In this document: positions 9,701-19,392 of the stretch, one piece after another | How positions within the stretch are numbered: position 1 is the first letter of the stretch | Layout of the letters: each line of letters starts with the position of its first letter | The notes under the pieces: model-generated | Database searches by the model: none | Seen by the model: the letters and a program-made list of their open reading frames with translations, nothing else | What the model was told of the DNA's origin: nothing | From: Dehalococcoidia bacterium | Lineage (GTDB): Bacteria > Chloroflexota > Dehalococcoidia > UBA2979 | Reading direction: 5' to 3' | Length of the DNA stretch: 64,000 nucleotides | Assembly: GCA_965219085.1 (NCBI GenBank) | Contig: OZ244720.1 | Coordinates: forward strand, 1,888,001 to 1,952,000 | Program-made: the position numbers and the translations under genes

Positions 9701-12126
9701 GGGTCATGGGGGATCTGGACCTGGGCCCGGCCGGATGACTGGCTCAGCTCCTCGCTGCGGATCGCCTTGACCTCGTAGGCGTAGGATTCGCCCGCCTCCG
9801 TCGCGGTGGCGTCGCTGTAGGTCGTGGTCGTGCTCGCAGTGTCGGCCACCAGGGTGGCCGGCTCCCCGTCGCCCACGGCGCGCAGGATCTCGTAGCCGCT
9901 GACGCTGTCGGCGTCCTTCGCAGGAGCGGTCCAGCTCAGGCTCACCCCGCCGCCTTCGGCCAGCGTGGCGGTCAGGCCGCCGGGGGCCAGGTCCTCGGCG
10001 ACAGGCGCTGCCCGCGTCACCGTGACGCTGTAGGTCGCCGTACTCACGCCGTCGGGAGCAGTGACGACGATCGTGATCGCGTTCTCACCGACCGAGAGGT
10101 CGATCTGGTGTCCGTCGGTCTGCGAGTCGGCATCCGCCGTGACGCCAGCGGCGCTGATCGAGGCGTCGGCCGCGCCGTTGCTGAACGCCGGCTCGGCTGT
10201 GATCGCCGTCACCGAGACGTCGTTCGCGACCTCAGCCTCGTAGTCGAAGATGGCGGGCAGGAACGGGCGAACCTCGACATCCGTCAACTTCAGCAGTCTC
10301 AGGCGGGCGCGCTCCGGCATGGAGAATGCCCGGATCAGCGTGCCCTGCGAGTCGGACATCCACATCGTGGCGCCGTCGCTCCACAGACCTCCCGGGTGGA
10401 TCAGTCCAAGGTTCCAGGTCGTAAACCATTCCAGGCTTGGCACCCTCGTGTTGCTGTCGAGTTCAAGGACGCGAAGCCCGCCCATGAAGTTCATCATCCA
10501 GAACAGGTGGCCGTCGCTGTAGGCCGCGAACACCCGCCCCATTTCGCTGGCTACGCCACACCGGTTGTCGCCCCGCTCGAGGTCATCGAGCTCGTACGCG
10601 TACATGGGACCTTCGCAAGTGGGGTCGTCACTGCTGCTGCTGACGACCCGAATGGTGTCGCTGTCGCCCGCAATGCCCTTCAGTTCCGAGTCCGGCGACT
10701 CGATGTCTCGCCCGGGAACACGCGCCCACGTCTCCAGGTCATAGGCGTAGATCTGATTGGTCACCCCGCACCAGTTGTTGGATATCCATGCCGTCTCCCC
10801 GTCGGACCAGATGTCTCCCGGGCAGACCGGCCCGGAGCCGAGACTGTGGCTCCTCAGTTGCTCCGCGGTCTTCAGGTCGAACACCAGCACCTCATCGACA
10901 CGATCGATCAGGACCCACATGCGCTCGCCGTCCGACCAGATGCCCGTGGCCGACCACTCCAGACCCGACCACGATTCCAGCGGCGTGATGACGATGTCCC
11001 TGGACGAATCGCGAACGAGGCCGGTGGACGGATCGCGCGGGGTGTCGACCTCGGCTTCGACCGATGCGGGGCTGGCTCCGTGGCTGTTGAGCGCGAGGAT
11101 GCGGTAGGTGTACTTGCTGGCCGCCTCGACGGTCTCGTCGACGAATGTGGTTACCGTCGAGGCGCTGTCGTCGCTGACCGTCACCGTCGGGCCAGGCTCC
11201 GCGTCGCGCTCGCGGCGCAGAACCCGGTAGCCCGTGACCGTGTCGTCTTCGGGGTCGTCCCAGCTGAGCGTGACCGCTTCCGCCGTCGCCGTGCCGCTCA
11301 GCCCGGTCGGCGCCGATGGCGGCGCCGCGGGCGTGTTGGCCCGCAGATACGCCGACCACTGGCTCAGGCCGAACGTGTTGATCGCCTTGACCCGGTAGAC
11401 GTAGCGGGTCAAGGCACCGACGCCGTCATCGGTGTAGCTGGTCTCGGCGCTGCCGGTGTCGGCCACCACGATGTCGAACCGGCCGGTCTCGTACTCGTCG
11501 CGCAACCGGCGGAGAATCTGGTACCCGGTCACCGTGGCGTCCTGCGGATCGGTCCAGCTCAGCTCGACCGTCTCATGGGTGGCCGAGACCAGGCTCAGGC
11601 CCTGGGGCCGGGCCGGCGCCTCGGTCACCCGCTGCACCGTGGTTGTCGTCGATGCCGCTGCCGCCGGCTCGGCCTCGCTCTCCACCCAGCTCAGGCTCAG
11701 CGCGACCGTGTCGTCCTCGGCCCAGACCTGGGTGGTCGCCCAGACGGAGGAGGTAATCGATCTGCTCTTCACCTCACTCGCATCGGCGGACGCAAACTCG
11801 GTCCCGTCCACCGTCAGGACGAAGTCGTCGCTCGGCTCCGGTTTCAGGTTGAACGCCAGAAAGCCGTTCGACAGCAGGATCGCCACGACGTCAATCGTCT
11901 GGGTATCCGCGCTGAACTCGTCCTCGCTGAGCGTCCCCATCCCGCCCAGGAAGATGCTGTAGCCGTGGGTCGTCTCGCTGCCCGTGCCGTGCACGCCCAC
12001 GGTCAGGGTCGCGGTCCAGGCTGCGGCCGGGGTGTCGGGGACCGGCTCAGAGCCCTCCTCACCCGATACCGGCAGCACTCCCGACAGCGCAAGTGCGAGG
12101 GCAAGCGCCGCCAGGGCTATCGACAT
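6782..12126 (-). CDS. G2: giant FN3/propeller/PPC/RCC1-like/cadherin-like surface protein, frameshift near 6943
   Basis: 1732-aa ORF with hydrophobic signal. The true C-terminus (QATVVISPT...TIAITRASS*, as in G3) is in another frame ending at 6782; gcctggtg here vs gcctgggtg in G3. Confidence 0.85.
8820..10000 (-). repeat. Four tandem ~300-bp FN3 repeats in G2 (same subfamily as G1 repeats)
   Basis: Repeated DLAP..LTA...EGGGV.LSWTAPAED...VSGYEILR...YAYEVKAIRGEERSQ units. Confidence 0.85.
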
Positions 12127-12255
12127 GGGGGCCGCGCGCAGGAACCGCCTCCGGCCTGCGTTCCGGGTGGCTCGTGCGGCGGCATGTCGGCTAGTGGTAT
12201 GCTGCGCAACCCGACCTAAATTGCGCGCTAGTGAAGCTCTGCCTGTCAGACATGG

Positions 12256-15200
12256 TCAGCTCGATGCCCGCGTGATCGCGATGGTGTAGGCCTGCGTCGT
12301 GACGCCGTCGCCGGCGGTGACGGTGACGGTGATCGTGGTCGTCGAACCCGCTGTCAGATTCACCTGGTGGCCGTCGCTCAAGCTGTCGGCGTCGGTGGGC
12401 GAGATCACCACCGTCGCCTGGGTGTTGGTCGCGCCCGTCGTGACCGTGGTCGAGGCCACATCGTTGTCGACCGAGAGCGTGTAGCTGACCGTGTCGCGGT
12501 CGAATTCGAGGTCGATCCCGCTGAGCTCGAGACTGAGAAGTTTCGCGTTGGTCTTCCAGGGGGAGTCGAACGCCGGCGTGTCGATCTCGGCGCCGTCGTA
12601 GCCCCAGCACGTAATCGTGCTGTCGGTCCGCAAGGCGCAGGCATGGGGATACCAGTCGATCGATACGGTCTTGAAATCGCTCGCGGTCAGTCCGCTCAAA
12701 CTCGTCAAGAGGGAGCCGAGACTGCCGCCATGGCGCGTCCAGCACTTGATTTGGCCCGTCTCTGTGACGCCGCAGGTTCGCGTGTAGTGCACCTGAAGGT
12801 GCTGGAACTTGTCAGTGGGGGCTGCTTGCTCGTCCTCCGTGTAACTGGTGTTCTCGGCGGAATCTTGCCCCGTCGTCGCGGCGAACTTGTTCTGCAGCGA
12901 GTGATCTCCGTATCGCCAACACAACACGGTGCCATCGACATCCGGGTCTGTGGCATCCGAACGAATCCCGCACACTCGATATCCGCCGACCTGTAGGAAC
13001 TTGAACGTGCCCGTTGGCACGGCGCGAGCCCCGTGATTGCTCCAACACACGGCTTCGTCGTCGTTGTCGATGGCGCAGGCGATGTAGCTGCCGACGCTGA
13101 TTGAGGTGTAGGTACCTGACGACGGCGGTCCGGCCATGCCGGCCCCGCAATCGACGGTGCCATCGGCGTTCAGCCAGCAGACTCCATCGAGGTTGTTGGT
13201 GTTGACCTGTTGCTTGGGACCAGAACCATCCGGCTGGTAGTCGCGCTCCCAACAGGTTGCGGAGCCGTCGTCACGGATGGCGCAGGTGCGGTCGAATCCA
13301 GCGATGACCTGGGTGAAGATGCCCTCAGGTGTGTCCGCTTGCCTGGCACACACCCAGCGCCCGTCATACGGACCGCCTTCGCAGCGCTCCTTCAGATTTT
13401 CCATCTCGCCCCAGCACTCCAGCGTGCCGTCCATGCGGAGGGCGCACGCGTGCCGCCAGCCGGCGTCGACCTGCTGGAACCCGCCGACCGCCTCGACCAC
13501 CTGCTTCACGACGACGGGGTTGTCGACCTTGACGATGGTCTTGATGGCGCCAACCAGTTGCTCGCCGTCGGAGTTGACGGAGTCGTCCGACTGAACCGAC
13601 TTGGCGGTGCTGTCCGAGTTGTCGGTGGTCAAGGACAGTTCCTTGACGTGCTGGCCGGCCGTCACCGTGAGCGAGAGTTCGTAGGTGCCGGTCCAGCCGC
13701 TCTCCGCGCCGGCGGCGATGTAGTACTCGCCGTCGGTCGATGGGGTGAATGAGGCGACACGGCTGTCCTTTCCGGTGCCGTTCACCTCGGAATCGCTGCC
13801 CGCAATCAGGATGCTGTCGCCGCCGTAGACGCCGAGCAGCTTGGGATCGACCAGCGTGCCCAGGGTGACGAACGCCGGCGCGCCGTTGACCAGGACCCAC
13901 TCGCCGCTCGACTTGCCCTTCATGTCGAACTGGTAGGTGACGCCGCCGACCAGCGCGACCTTGTACCAGTCGACGTCGCCTTCGGCGTCGATTTCGCCGA
14001 TCACGCTGCCGCCGACTTCGAGCACGCCAGTCGTGCTCGGGTCGTGGGGCAGATCACCGTCGCTGGGCGGAGTCGTGTCGATCACCCGGACCCCGTACGT
14101 GCCGGTCCCGCGACTGCCGGAGGTAAAGTCCTCGCGACTGCGCACCACGACGTAGTAGGTGGAATCCTCGGTCGGCTGGAACTCGTAACTGCCGGTCCCG
14201 TTGCCGCCGTCGCGGTCGTGGGACAGCGCGCTGCCGTCGCTGTCGTAGACCGCCCGCAGGTAGGGCAGGCCGAGCGTGTAGTCGTTGTCGCCGTCGGCCG
14301 AACTGACCAGGTCGAGGTAGTAGGTCTTGCCGTCGCCGCCGGTCAGATCGAGCTGGAACCAGTCGTGCTCCTCCTCGGCCGTCTCAATCGAGGCGTCCGT
14401 GGTCGTGCCCAGCGTCAGCGTGACCGGCGTCACGTCGGGGAACGTCTCGAACAGCGTTTCCTCCGGCGTCGGCGGCGCCAGCGGCGGCGGAATCTCGGGC
14501 GGCTCCTGGATCGTGAGCGAGAAGCTCCTCGTGCCGTGTCCCGGCTGGCCGCCGATTCGCACGTAGTAGGTCCCGGCTTCCTTCGGCCTGAAGGTACCGA
14601 TGTTGGACTTGGCGATGATCGTGCCGTCGGACTTGTAGATCGCCCGTCGGAAGACCTCACTGCTCTTGTTCAGCGCCGTCTCGTACTCCGTGCCGGCCTC
14701 GAGCTCGACCGAGAACCAGGCGTCGCTGTCGTTCGGCGGGAACTTGACTGTGCCGCGGATCGACTGGCCTTCGGTCGCCGACTTGGCGGAAATCTCGGCG
14801 AAGCTGTCCGCGTCGAGCGCCTCAACCTCCGTCACGGAGACCTCGTACGGGCCGATCATGCGGACGTCATCGCCGCAGCATGCGTTGTGGCCGAGGTCGA
14901 TGTAGTAATCGCCCGTGCGCGTCGGCGTGAAGACGATCTCCATCGTGCGGTGACGCCAATAGTCGCCGTCCCAGCGGGTGCCGGGCAGCGGCTTGGACTC
15001 GTCACCGAAGCGAATCCCGCCAATCCCAACGACCTCGTCGATAATGTGGTCTCGCCCGAACGTGCCATGAGCGCGCAGCTTGTAGGACTTGCCCGCTTCC
15101 ATGGCGACGACGTACCAGTCGTGGTCGGACGACTTCTCGAAGAAGCCGTTGACCTTGGTGCCGTCGATGCTCAGGCGCGCGGTCGTGCTGGTGTTGTTGG

Positions 15201-18200
15201 GCAGATCGGGTTCCGTCGGGGTGACATCGGTCACCGAGACGCGGTAGTCGCCGAGGAACCGGTTGTACCGAGAGGAAGCGTCCGGACTGACCACCAGGTA
15301 GTAGGCGCCGCTCTTGGGCGCGCGGTACAACGCGCGGGCGTTGCGGCCGTCACCGGAGTCTTCGTCATCGGCGCTGTTGAAGACGCTGATCTGGGGGCCC
15401 GGCAGGACGATCGTGTAGAGGTTCGGGTCGGGCCAGGGACCGACCTTGGAACCGGGCACGACGGCCGACTCGACGTCGACCTGGTAGATGCGGCCCGCAG
15501 TCAGATCGACGGCGATCCAGTCGGTGTCGCCGCCCTGCCACAGCCGGTCGTGGTTGTACTCGATGTCGTAGTCGTCGCTCCAGCGGACCCAGTCGATCCG
15601 ACCCAGCATCGAACCGCCGACCTCGACCCGACCGTGCTGGCCCGGACCGATGTCCCAGATCGGGTAGGAGCGGCCCTGGTCGTCCCTTGTGCGGGTCTCG
15701 CGGAAGTCATCCTCAACCCGCACGACGGTAAACGTGTATGGCTCGGTTCCCCGCCATCTCTCGTTGTAGTAGGGCGAGGTCGAGACGCGGAAGAAGAACA
15801 GGCCGCTGCGCCCCGGCGTGAGGATCGCCTCCTGGTATCCGACATCGACATCCTCGCGACTGAGTGAGTGCATCACGTACTCGGCGCCGTCGGCGTGCTC
15901 GTAGTCATGCTGAACCGCCGACGTCTGCCACGTGAGCACATTCCAGATGGTGCTCGGGTTGCGGCTGCGCACCACGACGGCGTACCGGACGCCCTTCTCC
16001 AGCTCGACGCCCACCCAGTCGGTCCCGTAGGCGCCGCCGCCGTATGTCCCGGGGTTGTCGTCGACGGCGTCGTGTCGACCAGTAATCGTGTCGCCGACCT
16101 GGGCGCGACCCAGGGTCTGGCCGTCATGGCTGAACTCGACGGTGCCGGACTCGGAGATGTTGCCGCTGACCGAGTAGCCGAGCTCGTAGCTCTGCGTGCC
16201 CGAGCCGGCGGGCACGGCGATCCGGATGCGGTAGTCGCCCGCGCGCAAGACGGCGGAACGCGCCTGGCCGTCGCCGTCGTTGGCGCCGGAGCTGAGCAGC
16301 GCGCCGGTCGATGAGTGCAGGTGGATGCCGACGCTCTGCGTGTTGAGCGTCAGGCTCACCTCGCGCACGTCGGTCAGGTTGAACGTGTAGTAGACCTCTG
16401 CCGTGCTCGCGCCGGTCTGCGTGCCCGAGCTGCCGTGCGGGGTGATGTCGCCGATATCGGTCGCGGTGGGCAGATCAATCTCCACAGCGGTCGAGGCGTC
16501 GCTGGCCGTCTCGCCGATCAGGGCGATCACCTGGTAGCCGTACTTGGCGCCGAGCATGACACTGTCATCGGCAAAGCTGACAGCGCTGTCGGACGTGTTC
16601 TCGACCAGAGTCGTGTAGCTGTCGGCCGCGTCGACATCGCGGTCACGGCGCAACACGCGGTAGCCCGTGACTACGTCGAGCGAGGGACCGTCCCAGGTCA
16701 GAGAGACCGCGCCGGCGCCGGCGGAGACCGTCGCCGCCAGCCCGGTCGGCGCGTCGGCCGGCGTATCGACCTCGATTTCGTCCGACTCGGGGCTCAGCCC
16801 GCTGCCGTCGAGCGCGCGGATCCAATAGGCGTACTTGCTGGCGGTGTCGACGGTGTTGTCGACAAACGACGTGGCGGTCGAACCGGTGTCGTTGTTGACG
16901 ATGACCGTGACGCTCGGGTCAACGTCGCGCTCGCGGCGCAGAATGCGGTAGCCGGTCAGCGAACTGTCATCCGGGTCGTCCCAGCCCAGCGTGACCGCGT
17001 CCGCGGTCGCCGTGGCGCTCAGGCCGGTCGGCGCATCCGGCGCCGACGGCAGGTCGGCCTCGACGGCGGTCGGTTCGCTGGCGAGCCCTTCGTGCAACGC
17101 CAGGACCTGCCAGGCGTACTGGCCGCCCGCGCTCACACCGGTGTCGAGGTAGCTGGTTCCGGAACCGTTGTCGGCCATGATCACGGCAAACGCGCTGCCG
17201 GCGACGGCGCGGTCGCGGCGCGTGATCTTGTAGCCGGTCACGCTCGCGTCGCCTGGATCATCCCAACTCAGCGTCGCCGAGGTCGTGGTCACGCTGACCG
17301 TCAGGCCGGTCGGCGCCGGCGGCGCCCCGACCATGTCGCCCTCGATGGTCGCTGGAACACCCACGATCTCGCCGCGCAGGGCGATGACTTGCCAGGCGTA
17401 CTTGCCGCCGGTACTCAAGCCGCTGTCTTCGTAGCTCGTGCCTGTCCCGCTGTCGGCGACGATCTGCACGAACTCGCTGTTTTCGATATCGCGGTCGCGG
17501 CGCGTAATCCGGTAGCCGGTGATGCTCGCGTCGCCCGGATCATCCCAACTCAGCGTCGCCGAAGTCTTGGTCACGCTGACCGATAGTCCGGTCGGCGCCG
17601 GCGGCGGTGGCGGGACGGCCTGCGTATCGGCCCTGACGTAGGTCGACTGCGGGCTCGGGCCGTGGGCGTTGATCGCCTTGACCCGGTAGACGTAGCGAGT
17701 CGAGGCTTCGACCGTCGTGTCCGTGAACCTGACCGCGGCGCTGCCCGTGTCCTCGACGATGATGTCGAAGCGTCCGACCTCGTACACATCCCGCAGCCGG
17801 CGCAAAATCTGATACCCGGTCACGCTTGAGTCCAGGACACGGTTCCAGCGCAGCTCGACCGCGTCGTGGCTGACCGACACCACCCGAACGCCCATTGGCT
17901 TCGCCGGCGGCTCACTGACCGTCTCCGGATCGCCCGGCGAAGACACTTCCCCTGGCGTATACAACGTCACTGTGCCACCCACCGCGACGGACTCGGCCGC
18001 GCTCTCCACCCAGCTCAAACTCAGCGCGACCGTGTCGTCCTCGGCCCACACCTGCGTGGTCGCCCAGACGTAGGAGGTAATTCTGGTGCTCTTCACCTGA
18101 CTCGCATCGGCGGAGGCGAACTCGGTCCCGTCCACCGTCAGGACGAAGTCGTCGCTCGGCTCCGGCTTCAGGTTGAAGGCCAGAAAGCCGTTCGACAGCA

Positions 18201-18537
18201 GCATCGCCACGACCTCGATCAACTGGTCATCCTCGTTGAACGTGTTCTCGCTGAGCGTGCCCATCCCGCCCTGGAAGATGCTGTAGCCGTGGGTCGTCTG
18301 GCTGCCCGTGCCGTGCACGCCCACGGTCAGGGTCGCGGTCCAGGCCGCCGAGCTTTCGCTCTCGACCGCGTCCACGCCTTGTTCGCCCGAGGCCGGCAGC
18401 ACGCCCGAGAGCGCACAGGCGAAGATGAGCGCAATCAGCGTCGCTGAGACGGCGACTGCGCGCAGGGCCGACCTCCCGCCCTTCTTCCAAATCGATCCTG
18501 TGGCGGGACGCTGGATAGCGGTCATGTCGAGAGCCAC
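12256..18537 (-). CDS. G3: giant FN3/PPC/RCC1-like/cadherin-like surface protein
   Basis: ~2100-aa ORF; GGAGG-N7-GTG at 18537 (alternative ATG 18525); signal peptide; ~6 FN3; multiple D.DW(Y/F).V.L..G..Y PPC-like units; VDAGWRHACALRMDGTLECWG RCC1-like repeats. Confidence 0.9.
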   Translation of the reverse strand: MALDMTAIQRPATGSIWKKGGRSALRAVAVSATLIALIFACALSGVLPASGEQGVDAVESESSAAWTATLTVGVHGTGSQTTHGYSIFQGGMGTLSENTFNEDDQLIEVVAMLLSNGFLAFNLKPEPSDDFVLTVDGTEFASADASQVKSTRITSYVWATTQVWAEDDTVALSLSWVESAAESVAVGGTVTLYTPGEVSSPGDPETVSEPPAKPMGVRVVSVSHDAVELRWNRVLDSSVTGYQILRRLRDVYEVGRFDIIVEDTGSAAVRFTDTTVEASTRYVYRVKAINAHGPSPQSTYVRADTQAVPPPPPAPTGLSVSVTKTSATLSWDDPGDASITGYRITRRDRDIENSEFVQIVADSGTGTSYEDSGLSTGGKYAWQVIALRGEIVGVPATIEGDMVGAPPAPTGLTVSVTTTSATLSWDDPGDASVTGYKITRRDRAVAGSAFAVIMADNGSGTSYLDTGVSAGGQYAWQVLALHEGLASEPTAVEADLPSAPDAPTGLSATATADAVTLGWDDPDDSSLTGYRILRRERDVDPSVTVIVNNDTGSTATSFVDNTVDTASKYAYWIRALDGSGLSPESDEIEVDTPADAPTGLAATVSAGAGAVSLTWDGPSLDVVTGYRVLRRDRDVDAADSYTTLVENTSDSAVSFADDSVMLGAKYGYQVIALIGETASDASTAVEIDLPTATDIGDITPHGSSGTQTGASTAEVYYTFNLTDVREVSLTLNTQSVGIHLHSSTGALLSSGANDGDGQARSAVLRAGDYRIRIAVPAGSGTQSYELGYSVSGNISESGTVEFSHDGQTLGRAQVGDTITGRHDAVDDNPGTYGGGAYGTDWVGVELEKGVRYAVVVRSRNPSTIWNVLTWQTSAVQHDYEHADGAEYVMHSLSREDVDVGYQEAILTPGRSGLFFFRVSTSPYYNERWRGTEPYTFTVVRVEDDFRETRTRDDQGRSYPIWDIGPGQHGRVEVGGSMLGRIDWVRWSDDYDIEYNHDRLWQGGDTDWIAVDLTAGRIYQVDVESAVVPGSKVGPWPDPNLYTIVLPGPQISVFNSADDEDSGDGRNARALYRAPKSGAYYLVVSPDASSRYNRFLGDYRVSVTDVTPTEPDLPNNTSTTARLSIDGTKVNGFFEKSSDHDWYVVAMEAGKSYKLRAHGTFGRDHIIDEVVGIGGIRFGDESKPLPGTRWDGDYWRHRTMEIVFTPTRTGDYYIDLGHNACCGDDVRMIGPYEVSVTEVEALDADSFAEISAKSATEGQSIRGTVKFPPNDSDAWFSVELEAGTEYETALNKSSEVFRRAIYKSDGTIIAKSNIGTFRPKEAGTYYVRIGGQPGHGTRSFSLTIQEPPEIPPPLAPPTPEETLFETFPDVTPVTLTLGTTTDASIETAEEEHDWFQLDLTGGDGKTYYLDLVSSADGDNDYTLGLPYLRAVYDSDGSALSHDRDGGNGTGSYEFQPTEDSTYYVVVRSREDFTSGSRGTGTYGVRVIDTTPPSDGDLPHDPSTTGVLEVGGSVIGEIDAEGDVDWYKVALVGGVTYQFDMKGKSSGEWVLVNGAPAFVTLGTLVDPKLLGVYGGDSILIAGSDSEVNGTGKDSRVASFTPSTDGEYYIAAGAESGWTGTYELSLTVTAGQHVKELSLTTDNSDSTAKSVQSDDSVNSDGEQLVGAIKTIVKVDNPVVVKQVVEAVGGFQQVDAGWRHACALRMDGTLECWGEMENLKERCEGGPYDGRWVCARQADTPEGIFTQVIAGFDRTCAIRDDGSATCWERDYQPDGSGPKQQVNTNNLDGVCWLNADGTVDCGAGMAGPPSSGTYTSISVGSYIACAIDNDDEAVCWSNHGARAVPTGTFKFLQVGGYRVCGIRSDATDPDVDGTVLCWRYGDHSLQNKFAATTGQDSAENTSYTEDEQAAPTDKFQHLQVHYTRTCGVTETGQIKCWTRHGGSLGSLLTSLSGLTASDFKTVSIDWYPHACALRTDSTITCWGYDGAEIDTPAFDSPWKTNAKLLSLELSGIDLEFDRDTVSYTLSVDNDVASTTVTTGATNTQATVVISPTDADSLSDGHQVNLTAGSTTTITVTVTAGDGVTTQAYTIAITRASS

Positions 18538-18715
18538 GCAACTGCCTCCTGTGTAGCACGGGCCAAGCCATGGCAAGGTACCACCTGGCTGTGAATCTTC
18601 AATGGAAATAAGCCCACTGCGGTGGCAGTGCGATGTACACTCGGAGAAATAGGCTACGGAGGTAACAAGACCAAATGCGTGAGTTTCGGGCTCTCTTCCG
18701 TGAGCTTTAGTGAGG
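18525..18715. promoter_or_regulatory. Conserved promoter/leader element P2 (type B distal arm)
   Basis: Minus strand TTGAAG-N16-TACCTT with TG; CGGTGGC at ~18620; distal gctacgg...gcgtgagtttcgggctctcttc.gtgagctttag shared with 47375-47439. Confidence 0.75.
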
Positions 18716-18805
18716 ACTTATTTGATTCCGGGTATGGGCCTGCTGGCGGACGCAGAGACGCTGTCGGGGAAGCCGTCCAGGGCGCCACCCTGACGCCCTG
18801 CCGGA

Positions 18806-18890
18806 GTTGCGCGGGCTGCGTCCGGCCGATGCGCCACGAGCGCCGGGACGCCTGCCGCATCGTGTAGATGCTGTAATCCGTTTCGTACCA
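18806..18890 (-). pseudogene. Helicase 3' fragment H1 (SF2/SNF2-like motif VI region)
   Basis: WYETDYSIYTMRQASRRSWRIGRTQP. Confidence 0.7.
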
Positions 18891-18912
18891 AACAGGCGCA
18901 GACAGGGAAGCG

Positions 18913-18978
18913 TCAGTTGGCTTGCGGAGTGCCCTCGCTCCGGATGACGAGCGGTGTGATCGAGGGCAAACCTTCGGC
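18913..18978 (-). pseudogene. 3' stub of an eighth giant surface-protein gene
   Basis: Reads AEGLPSITPLVIRSEGTPQAN*, matching the ends of G4 (AEGLPPLTPLVARSDGPAEAN*) and G5 (DGIPPITPLVAKSEGPPEAN*). Confidence 0.8.
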
Positions 18979-18979
18979 T

Positions 18980-19390
18980 GCGCGCCCCCCTCATACGCAC
19001 CCTGCCCGCGCTCCAGCAGCGCCCAGAGCCGCCCGTAGCGGCTCTCCCAGCGCGGCCACCAGCTCCGGCGCCACCTTGCCGCACCGCCTACCGCCTGCGG
19101 CTTGCGCGCCGGTAGTCCACCCGGCGACCGCCGAAGCGCTACGGGGGGTGCATGGCCTCCTCGCTGCGGCAGCGCAGCGTCAACTCGTCCACGCCGATGG
19201 AGGCCATCGCGCGCAGTCCTGCCCAGCGACTCGGCACCGAGTACCAGGCCCCCTCGACCCGCACCTGCACGCCGCGGGTCACCGAAACCGCCCGCAACTG
19301 GCGCGCGTCGACCTCTCCCCGCAGCCATGCCGGGAGCGCGGCGAGTGACTCCCCGCGCGGCACCGGCGTGAGGTGCTGCAGCCGGATTGC
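18980..19390 (-). mobile_element. Degenerate IS21-like (IstA C-terminal) transposase fragment
   Basis: VRVEGAWYSVPSRWAG motif typical of the IstA C-terminal region, plus frameshifted KPQAV.. / QVAPELVAALGE / YGRLWALL pieces. Confidence 0.55.
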
Positions 19391-19392
19391 CC

